Shown one piece after another: positions 10,003-16,867 of a stretch of DNA of 32,000 bases (position 1 is the first letter of the stretch; every line of letters begins with the position of its first letter). The notes under the pieces were generated by a model that had not been told where the DNA came from, did not search any database, and worked only from the letters and a program-made list of their open reading frames with translations. Position numbers and translations under genes: made by a program. This stretch comes from Burkholderiaceae bacterium (GTDB lineage Bacteria > Pseudomonadota > Gammaproteobacteria > Burkholderiales > Burkholderiaceae_C). The stretch spans positions 1,073,884-1,105,883 of the forward strand of contig OZ248423.1 of NCBI GenBank assembly GCA_965234585.1, given 5' to 3'.

Positions 10003-10908
10003 TCAGAGGTGGCCCCAGACCATCAAGGCGTCGCGGCCTTCTTGGATCAGGTCCACCTTTGCGCCCACGGGCAGCAAGACCTTGGTCGGCACATGGCCGC
10101 TGGGCATGGTGCTCAAGATCGGCGTCTTCACTTGGCTGCGCAACCACTGCACCACGCTGGCAAGCTTGAAGCCCCGGTCGTGGGGCACGGTTTTGTATTC
10201 GGTGAAGGCCCCCAAAACGATGGCCTTTTGCTGCGCCAACACCCCGGCGTGCAGCAGCTGCGTGAGCATGCGCTCGAGGCGGTAAGGGTGTTCGCCCACG
10301 TCTTCCAAGAACAAAACACCGCCTTTGACTTTGGGGAAGTACGGCGTGCCCAGCAAAGACACCAAGACGCTGAGGTTGCCACCCCAGAGTTTGGCGTTGC
10401 TGATGCGCAGCTCGCCGTCTTCGTTTTTGGGCAAACGCCAACCGGTGCCCTCGCCTTGCTCTAGCAGTAGGTCATCAAAGCAGGCTTGCATGATGTCATC
10501 GGGTTCTTCGCTGGTGCCGAAGTCGGCGATCAAGGCCGGTCCTTGCCAGCTGTGTGCGTCAGTTTTTGCCATGAGCGCGAGCTGCAAAGCGGTGAAATCG
10601 CTCAAGCCGACCCACTGTGTGCCCTGCTCCACCGAGCGCGCCATGGCCGCATAGGGCAGCTGGGGCAGCAAACGCGTGAGGCCATAACCGCCCCGTGAAA
10701 TCAGCGCCACATCGGCACCGCTGGCCGCAGCACGTGCCACGGCGGCCAAGCGGGTGGCGTCGTCGCCAGCAAAACGCTCGAAGCTGGTCAAGGCCGAGGG
10801 GTCGACCTCCACCTGATGGCCCTGGGCGCGCAAGCGCTTGAGGCCGCGGCGAAAACCCGCGGTGTCGCGCACCGCACCGGAAGGGGAATAAACGTAGATG
10901 TGTGCCAT
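10003..10908 (-). CDS. ldcA: LD-carboxypeptidase (muramoyltetrapeptide carboxypeptidase, peptidase S66)
   Basis: 301 aa. SRGGYGLTRLL, nucleophile elbow GLSDFTAL, FLEDVGEHPYRLERMLTQL and C-terminal GHV. All are typical of LdcA. Confidence 0.8.
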   Translation of the reverse strand: MAHIYVYSPSGAVRDTAGFRRGLKRLRAQGHQVEVDPSALTSFERFAGDDATRLAAVARAAASGADVALISRGGYGLTRLLPQLPYAAMARSVEQGTQWVGLSDFTALQLALMAKTDAHSWQGPALIADFGTSEEPDDIMQACFDDLLLEQGEGTGWRLPKNEDGELRISNAKLWGGNLSVLVSLLGTPYFPKVKGGVLFLEDVGEHPYRLERMLTQLLHAGVLAQQKAIVLGAFTEYKTVPHDRGFKLASVVQWLRSQVKTPILSTMPSGHVPTKVLLPVGAKVDLIQEGRDALMVWGHL

Positions 10909-10939
10909 GCGCCGATTGTCGGCGAAAACATGGCCCCGT

Positions 10940-11947
10940 TCAGCGTTGCCAGTGGCTGCTCGCCTGGCGATGCCCTTTGTCGGGGTAAGGAGCGTCGGCC
11001 CATGCGCGCGACCAAGCCGCCAAGGCGCTGCTGGGCGGCGCTTCGCTCTGCCAAGTTGGGTGGCCTTGTTCTTGGCGCAGCGCTTCCAGCTGCGCCCACC
11101 ACAGCGCCATCTCGGGCGGCACCCACCAGCGCAGCGTGTCCGTGGTGTTGAGCGTTTGCAACCAATCGGCGAGTACCGCGGCGTGCCAAGCCAAGCGGTG
11201 CTGAGTGGCTTTTTTGGGCTTGTCGCTCAAGCCAAAACCCAAAAAGTCCAGTGCCAATACCCCAGCGTCTTGGGCAACCGCGTCGCGGTAGATCGCCGAC
11301 CAGGTGTCGGGGCCGTGCAAGGCGATGGTGTGCACCACCGCACCACGTGCTTGACCCAAGGCGTGCACACGCCAACCCGAAGCGCTGGGCAAGTCGCGCC
11401 AGAACTGGCTCCATGCCTCGGGCCAATCTATCCAGGGCACGGTCGCAAGATCGGTTCGCAGTGCGTCCTCGCGCAGCGGGTCGGGGTTGCTGCGTCGGGG
11501 TTTGAAAAAGTATTTGAGCAACTGCGCAGAGGCCTCGGCGCACACACCGCGCGTGACTTGTGTGTGGTGGTTGAGCTGGGGCTGTGCGAACAGGTCCAAC
11601 ACAGAACCCGCAGCCCCCGTGCGTGCGTCGCTGGCGCCGAACACCACCCTTGCCAAGCGGGCGTGCAGCATGGCGCCGCTGCACATGGCACAGGGCTCCA
11701 AGGTCACGTACAGCGTGCAACCGTCGAGTCGGTAGTTGCCCAAAACCCGCGCGGCTTCACGCAAAGCCACGACCTCGGCGTGCGCCGTGGGGTCTTGACC
11801 GGCGATCGGTGCGTTGCGCCCGCTGGCGATCAGCCGCCCGTCTTTGACCACCACCGCGCCCACAGGCACCTCACCCGCCACCGCCGCCTCGCGGGCTTGG
11901 GCCAAGGCCAGCCCCATCCAGTGTTCGTCGCTGAGTGCCTCGTTCAC
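10940..11947 (-). CDS. tadA: tRNA adenosine(34) deaminase TadA fused to a truncated alpha/beta-hydrolase-like C-terminal domain
   Basis: ORF 10940-12067. I prefer the GTG at 11947, which forms a GTGA overlap with the upstream stop and gives N-terminus (M)NEALSDEHWMGLALAQA, like E. coli TadA. Deaminase motifs HAE (TAHAEVVAL) and PCxxC (EPCAMCSGA) are present. About 170 extra C-terminal residues resemble the first half of haloalkane-dehalogenase-type hydrolases (LHGPDTWSAIYR, LDFLGFGLSDKP). Confidence 0.8.
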   Translation of the reverse strand: MNEALSDEHWMGLALAQAREAAVAGEVPVGAVVVKDGRLIASGRNAPIAGQDPTAHAEVVALREAARVLGNYRLDGCTLYVTLEPCAMCSGAMLHARLARVVFGASDARTGAAGSVLDLFAQPQLNHHTQVTRGVCAEASAQLLKYFFKPRRSNPDPLREDALRTDLATVPWIDWPEAWSQFWRDLPSASGWRVHALGQARGAVVHTIALHGPDTWSAIYRDAVAQDAGVLALDFLGFGLSDKPKKATQHRLAWHAAVLADWLQTLNTTDTLRWWVPPEMALWWAQLEALRQEQGHPTWQSEAPPSSALAAWSRAWADAPYPDKGHRQASSHWQR

Positions 11948-12555
11948 ACCAAGCCCATGCGTTGCATCCAATCCGCCAACGCCTGTTCGTTCGCCCCACC
12001 CGCCCGGTAGGCTTGGTACATGGCGGTATGCGATTCGGGCCGGTGTTGGTTGAGCTTGACGGCACACTGCAGGTCTTCAACATCGAGCTCAAAGGCCACA
12101 ATGGCGTGGAGCATTTTGTCGGTGTAGTCCTCGGGCAAACCGCGCCACTGATCGGCGTAGGCCGGTTCGTGGTCCCCAATGAGTTGCTTGAGCAGCGAGT
12201 CTTTGGCCGCCTCACCCTCAAGCACGCGGGCCCTCACCCGGGCTTGCACCGCCACATAGCTCCAAGTCGGTACGCGCTGCAAGTCGGTGTAGACCTTGGG
12301 CGACATGTAAGCGTGAGGCCCCATGAAGCTCACCAGTGCCATCGGGCGTTGAAGCAAATGCTTCCACTGTGGGTTGGCGCGAGCACAGTGCCCGAGCAAA
12401 CGCTGCGCACCACCGGGCTGTGTCTCCAGCCGCAGCGGCAGGTACGTCACACACGGAAAACCATCGTCGTCGGTCGTGACCAAACTGCCCAGAGGGTGCT
12501 CGCGCATGACCGCGGCTGCCTGCGCGGGTTGATCAAATTGGCGCGGAACGTACAT
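11944..12555 (-). CDS. FMN-binding negative transcriptional regulator, PaiB family
   Basis: 203 aa. Characteristic MYVPRQF N-terminus and PaiB-like length. Confidence 0.7.
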   Translation of the reverse strand: MYVPRQFDQPAQAAAVMREHPLGSLVTTDDDGFPCVTYLPLRLETQPGGAQRLLGHCARANPQWKHLLQRPMALVSFMGPHAYMSPKVYTDLQRVPTWSYVAVQARVRARVLEGEAAKDSLLKQLIGDHEPAYADQWRGLPEDYTDKMLHAIVAFELDVEDLQCAVKLNQHRPESHTAMYQAYRAGGANEQALADWMQRMGLV

Positions 12556-12561
12556 GGCAAA

Positions 12562-12936
12562 TCAGGGTTTGACGATGCAATAGGCGGCCAGTTTGTTGCC
12601 GTCCAAATCGCGGAAATAAGCGCCGTAAAAGTCGCCGTTGCGCTGACCCGGTGGGCCTGCGTCTTGGCCGCCCAAGGCCAAAGCTTTGTTGTACAAAGCT
12701 TGAACCTGCTCGCGGTTGGCTGCAACCAAAGCCACCATGCTGCCGTTGCCCACAGTCGCGGGCTCCGCATCAAAAGGCTTGAACACGCTGAACATGGGTT
12801 TGTCTGGCGCAATGCCCCAGCCCACACCACGATCCGTTTTAAACGTGGGCTTGGCGCCCAGGAGGCTCAAGAGCTCGCCATAAAACGCCACAGCTTTGCT
12901 CAGGTCGTTGGTGCCCACACAGGTGTATCCGATCAT
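12562..12936 (-). CDS. VOC (glyoxalase/bleomycin-resistance fold) family protein
   Basis: 124 aa. MIGYTCVGTNDLSKAVAFY and FRDLDGNKL are typical of small VOC proteins. GGAGA RBS upstream. Confidence 0.75.
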   Translation of the reverse strand: MIGYTCVGTNDLSKAVAFYGELLSLLGAKPTFKTDRGVGWGIAPDKPMFSVFKPFDAEPATVGNGSMVALVAANREQVQALYNKALALGGQDAGPPGQRNGDFYGAYFRDLDGNKLAAYCIVKP

Positions 12937-12976
12937 TCATGTCTCCAAGGTGATAAAGAAATGAATGTACACCGGC

Positions 12977-12994
12977 TCACTCCCACTTAATAGC
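12977..12994 (-). repeat. att copy A (distal): degenerate duplicate of the guaA 3' end
   Basis: TCACTCCCACTTAATAGC. Its reverse complement reads GCT ATT AAG TGG GAG TGA, which is A-I-K-W-E-stop. 16/18 identical to copy B. Lies where G+C drops. Confidence 0.75.
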
Positions 12995-13115
12995 AACGCT
13001 GTGCTACTTAACGTGTAACTGTAAAGTCAAAGCCAATTTTAAACAACTATTTTTTGGAGTTCAATATACCCCCAATAAATTGGCTAATGATTTAGAGGGG
13101 ATATAAAATTTATCT

Positions 13116-13370
13116 TTATTCGTTATTTTTTTCAAAAATAATTAGCTCGCTGTTACCAAGAGTCCAGATGCCAAGTGTCAGCACTAAAATTAACAAGCGA
13201 AATAGCAAATGTAATATGTTGAGACTCTCTGAATGAATTAGATGTAAATTCCATCCTCTCACATTCATTTCCTCTACTTTTGCTTGTAATTTACCCTTTG
13301 AGCTACCTGCTATCAATCCATATAAACCACCAGCGTAAGTGATTCTTTCAACTTGATTACTTTTTGACAT
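13116..13370 (-). CDS. Hypothetical small membrane protein (84 aa)
   Basis: ATG preceded by AAGGA. Soluble N-terminal half, then one TM helix (LNILHLLFRLLILVLTLGIWTL). No family recognised with confidence. Confidence 0.45.
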   Translation of the reverse strand: MSKSNQVERITYAGGLYGLIAGSSKGKLQAKVEEMNVRGWNLHLIHSESLNILHLLFRLLILVLTLGIWTLGNSELIIFEKNNE

Positions 13371-13505
13371 ACATTCCTTTCAAGAGTTGTAAATCCAAAC
13401 TTAGATGACTAAAAAATTCACCTTTTTCAATCATATCAAAATTGGTTACATTTTGATGACGGTTTCTTAATTAACTAAGATTTTGAGCAATAGCAAAGCT
13501 GTACT

Positions 13506-13618
13506 GCTTTACGAGTAACTTTAACTTCGCAGCCCTTAAAAATCAACAGCTTAGCGATTTTGAGAAACTTTTGTGTAAGTAGAAAACCTATATAAATCAA
13601 CGACTTAGCTTCAAAAAG
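13506..13618. repeat. Arm of element 1 homologous to the int-proximal arm of element 2
   Basis: Hand alignment to 21751-21864. Two blocks of about 50 nt match at roughly 72-75% identity (37/49 and 36/50), separated by a 15-nt unrelated stretch with a 1-nt indel. Confidence 0.7.
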
Positions 13619-13636
13619 TCACTCCCACTCAATAGT
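13619..13636 (-). repeat. att copy B (internal junction between elements 1 and 2): duplicate of the guaA 3' end
   Basis: TCACTCCCACTCAATAGT. Its reverse complement reads ACT ATT GAG TGG GAG TGA, which is T-I-E-W-E-stop. 14/18 identical to the genuine guaA end (copy C). Confidence 0.8.
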
Positions 13637-13797
13637 TACTCGACTAAAATAGTCAATTAAATCAATAGGTTGTAGTTCACAACAATATGTGTGTAACATT
13701 TGTGTAAAAATAAGGTAAGTGAAATTTTCTTAATTTTTTTCCGAAACAATACTGTAGCGCTGGTTGTAACGGAATCTAGTTACACAATAAGCAAGAA

Positions 13798-14466
13798 CTA
13801 AGCAAAAACTCTTTCACGCAGTAATAAGAATGCTTCCGCAGCAAAAAAACCCGAAGACGAACCTCGATAACGAGCTAACGCCTCGATAGAAACTCGACTA
13901 CGCGGGAACGGAAACGAGCCAACTTCAGACGAGTAAATCTCCATAGCCTTAACCTTGAGATCCAAAAACTCGGAAATATCAACAAAGACATTTGGGACAA
14001 AACTGTGGCTCGCATCTAAGCCAAACTCTGTCTCGGAAATTGTTTCATAAGATAAAACTCGCTTAATGTATGGGTAACGAAACCATTTCGTACAGCTTAA
14101 AACAGCATTATGTATTATCTTATGATCAGAATGAATATCTCCTAGATGTGGAACAAATATCTCATCAGGGCGAAACAAACTTACCACTTCTGAAATTTTT
14201 TGTACTACATCGCCAAAAGGTAAAGCATCAAGTTTCGTTGTAGGGAAACCGAGCTTATAGACTTCATCGAAATCAAAAAATCGTGTGACCTGATTGATCT
14301 CTGCTTCTCTTTCCGAGATCTTATTTTGACTCCATCCATAATCAACTTTAAGGTCGGTAGCAATTAACCAAGCAACCGAAACACCTTGGGACTTATACTT
14401 TAATATGGTCCCGCCTACGCCTAGCACCTCATCATCTGGGTGCGGAGCTACAACCAAGACTTTCAT
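13798..14466 (-). CDS. PIG-L/LmbE-family N-deacetylase
   Basis: 222 aa. Metal-site motifs VVAPHPDDEVLG and HSDH. ATGA overlap with the upstream gene (14463-14466). Confidence 0.85.
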   Translation of the reverse strand: MKVLVVAPHPDDEVLGVGGTILKYKSQGVSVAWLIATDLKVDYGWSQNKISEREAEINQVTRFFDFDEVYKLGFPTTKLDALPFGDVVQKISEVVSLFRPDEIFVPHLGDIHSDHKIIHNAVLSCTKWFRYPYIKRVLSYETISETEFGLDASHSFVPNVFVDISEFLDLKVKAMEIYSSEVGSFPFPRSRVSIEALARYRGSSSGFFAAEAFLLLRERVFA

Positions 14467-15347
14467 AAGTAGATTCCTTTAGTCACCATAAAAACAGGCT
14501 CAGTGTAAATCAACTTAATAGCTTTATCTCCACACTTAACAACCGGAAAACCTGAACTATCAATATCAACAACTTTACCTGGTTCGATATTACTAACATC
14601 ACTTACAACAACCTCGGTCTTCCAGACTTTATAATTAACTTCATTGAAATGAAACTCAGCGCCGACGTAAGGCTTCCCTAAAGCCCTAACGAGGTTATGA
14701 ATTGAGATAGCACTCATTCTCCAGTCAATTACACCGTCTTCTCTGCCTCTTTTTCTCCACGTATTAGCTTTCGAATCGTCTTGCTCGATCCTAAAGTAAT
14801 CTTTAGCTATTAGTTTAGGAAGGAACTCTTCGATCTGATCTAAAGCTTTAGAGACCACCTTGTCATAAAGCGATCGAGCATTATCATAGTCATTGATTGG
14901 AATAAAAGATTGAGAAAGAATGTCACCACTATCAGCTCCTTCATTCATAAAAAAGAAAGTGGAAGCGGTTTCCGTTAGACCTAATGCGAGCGCCCAGATG
15001 ATTGGATGACGTCCTCGATTAGCTGGCAAAGCGGCAGGGTGAAATCCGACAACACCCATTGGTGCGACGTTTAGTATTCCGGATTTCAGCAAACGTGACC
15101 AACCAAAGCAGAACACTATGTCAGGATTGAGATTAGCAATCCAATCCAATGAAGTTGGTGAATTTATATCATCGACATATAAGCTTGGGATGTTTCGTTG
15201 ATTGGAACAAACAGTCAAATCGACGAAGTCAGAGTTGAACGAAGATGCTTTTAAGGTACAGACGCCAACAACATTGGCGTCAAGAGAAAGCACTTTCTCA
15301 AGCGCCTTTAACGAGAACTCGACAGCACCAATAAAAACTATCCTCAT
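14463..15347 (-). CDS. Formyltransferase (Fmt/ArnA-N-like, probable sugar N-formyltransferase)
   Basis: 294 aa. Formyl_trans N-domain with FHPAALPANRGRHP (compare HPSLLPxxRG) and a downstream acidic loop (ADSGDIL), plus a C-terminal Fmt-like domain. ATGA overlaps at both ends. Confidence 0.8.
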   Translation of the reverse strand: MRIVFIGAVEFSLKALEKVLSLDANVVGVCTLKASSFNSDFVDLTVCSNQRNIPSLYVDDINSPTSLDWIANLNPDIVFCFGWSRLLKSGILNVAPMGVVGFHPAALPANRGRHPIIWALALGLTETASTFFFMNEGADSGDILSQSFIPINDYDNARSLYDKVVSKALDQIEEFLPKLIAKDYFRIEQDDSKANTWRKRGREDGVIDWRMSAISIHNLVRALGKPYVGAEFHFNEVNYKVWKTEVVVSDVSNIEPGKVVDIDSSGFPVVKCGDKAIKLIYTEPVFMVTKGIYL

Positions 15348-16513
15348 TTCATCCTCAAATCGTAAAATTCTTTCTTTATTAATGAGTCATATTCTACTGT
15401 GCGTAAAACATCGATGATGCGTTCCGCAGATCCACCATCACCATATGGGTTGACCACGTTTAATATTTTGTGTCGAAATACAGGTGAATAAGAATACTCA
15501 ATTGCCAACCTAATCTCTTCCTTGAGGGGCTTACAATTGATCACACTTTCACATTGAAGTCTTCCTCTCTGTCGATCACCTATGTTAACAGTAGGCTTCT
15601 TAAACGTTGGGACTTCCGCAAGTCCACTCGAAGAGTTTCCGACAACAGCATCTACCTGCGCAACACAGCTAAGATATCTTAATTGCCCTAACGAAGTAAA
15701 AGCGTAAGCGTTATTATTATTAGAAACAAAAGTTTCTATCGCACTATAAATCGCTCGGCTATCGGTATCTGAATTCGGCATTGTAAAAATTAATCCAGTT
15801 CCCTTTAAGTCAGACAATGCGCTTAACAACTCATTCATTTGAGCTAAGGAAGTCTCCTTCTCTAGCGTAACCGGATGGAAAGTAACCAGTAAATTCTTTT
15901 TTCTAAACTTCATTCCTAACGAATCTTCAAGTTCAGACTTATTTAAAAGTTTAATATTTTTTATGGCATCAACACCGAGACCACCTACATTAAAAACAGT
16001 ATCTGGATTTTCACCTAGCTGGATAACTCTATTCCGATAATCATCATTTGCCACAAAATGTAAATGCGAAAATTTCGTTATTGAATGCCTAATCGCTTCA
16101 TCAATAAGTCCTTCTGTAAGCTCACCGCCATGTAAATGAGCTATCGGGATTCTGGCAAACATAGCCGCAACCACCGCGGATAAAATCTCAAACCGATCAC
16201 CTAGAACCAAAATTAGGTCGGGCTTAAGAGAATCAAAAGAATCAGCAAATCCTAATATGCCGAGAGAAGTAGACTTAGCTAATCCCACTGGAGTGTCGGA
16301 AACAAGAACAAGATCAATTTTTCTGTCAATTGAAAAACCATCCGACTCAATCTCCTTGTATGTCTCCCCATATTTTTTCGATAAGTGGCTGCCTGTAGCA
16401 ATTAATTGAAGTTCAAACTCGGCTGAAGTCTTTATCAACCCAATCAGGCGTCGCAGAAGTCCGTATTCAGCACGAGTTCCAGTGATGACACAGATTTTTC
16501 TCTTGACTGACAT
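15344..16513 (-). CDS. UDP-N-acetylglucosamine 2-epimerase (hydrolysing), NeuC/LegG-like
   Basis: 389 aa. N-terminus KICVITGTRAEYGLLRRLI, HLHGGE and the overall layout match NeuC-type enzymes. AAGGAG sits 5 nt before the ATG. Confidence 0.85.
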   Translation of the reverse strand: MSVKRKICVITGTRAEYGLLRRLIGLIKTSAEFELQLIATGSHLSKKYGETYKEIESDGFSIDRKIDLVLVSDTPVGLAKSTSLGILGFADSFDSLKPDLILVLGDRFEILSAVVAAMFARIPIAHLHGGELTEGLIDEAIRHSITKFSHLHFVANDDYRNRVIQLGENPDTVFNVGGLGVDAIKNIKLLNKSELEDSLGMKFRKKNLLVTFHPVTLEKETSLAQMNELLSALSDLKGTGLIFTMPNSDTDSRAIYSAIETFVSNNNNAYAFTSLGQLRYLSCVAQVDAVVGNSSSGLAEVPTFKKPTVNIGDRQRGRLQCESVINCKPLKEEIRLAIEYSYSPVFRHKILNVVNPYGDGGSAERIIDVLRTVEYDSLIKKEFYDLRMK

Positions 16514-16577
16514 ACCATCTCCTTAGCATTTGTGTTGTAACGACAAGCGATATCGAGGACACGTTACCAGATAGCAC

Positions 16578-16606
16578 TTGTTTGCTCAATCAATTATATC
16601 TAGAAT
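16578..16606 (+). promoter_or_regulatory. Possible sigma70-type promoter for the hns-like operon
   Basis: TTGTTT (16578-16583), 17-nt spacer, TAGAAT (16601-16606). About 30 nt upstream of the RBS-supported ATG at 16638. Confidence 0.3.
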
Positions 16607-16637
16607 GAACCGTCAACTTAAAAAATTGGAGAAAAAA

Positions 16638-16856
16638 ATGAGCCGTATCGACGAAATCCTCGCTAAACAAAAAGCACTTGCTGATGAGCTTGAGATGGCT
16701 AAGCAAGAGGAGCGTGACGCTGTACTGAAGGACATCAAGGAGAAGATCAAGCTCTTCAACTTCAAGACTACAGACTTCAAGGGCGTACTTGCCACACGCA
16801 AGAAGCGCGGCACAGCAACACCTAAGAAGACTGTTGCTAAGCGCACAGCGAAGTAA
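16638..16856 (+). CDS. Truncated H-NS-like protein (dimerisation coiled coil plus basic tail, no canonical DNA-binding domain)
   Basis: The ORF track starts at a TTG (16578), but GGAG at 16628-16631 supports the ATG at 16638 (72 aa). MSRIDEILAKQKALADELEMAKQEERDAVLKDIKEKIKLFNF resembles the N-terminal domain of beta-proteobacterial H-NS-like proteins. It ends in RKKRGTATPKKTVAKRTAK and lacks a TW(S/T)GRG-type C-terminal motif. Confidence 0.55.
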   Translation: MSRIDEILAKQKALADELEMAKQEERDAVLKDIKEKIKLFNFKTTDFKGVLATRKKRGTATPKKTVAKRTAK

Positions 16857-16867
16857 CTTGGTGCCGT

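Larger units (their letters stand above)
12995..13618. mobile_element. Element 1: integrase-less remnant or miniature member of the same integrative-element family
   Basis: A 624-bp AT-rich segment bracketed by att copies A and B. Its right 113 bp (13506-13618) align with the int-proximal arm of element 2 (21751-21864). It holds only one 84-aa ORF. Confidence 0.55.

Noticed and set aside
13798-16513. Idea that the sugar trio is a complete sialic or legionaminic acid pathway
   Set aside because: No NeuB-like synthase or CMP-transferase ORF exists anywhere in the island, so only a tailoring or partial function can be claimed.
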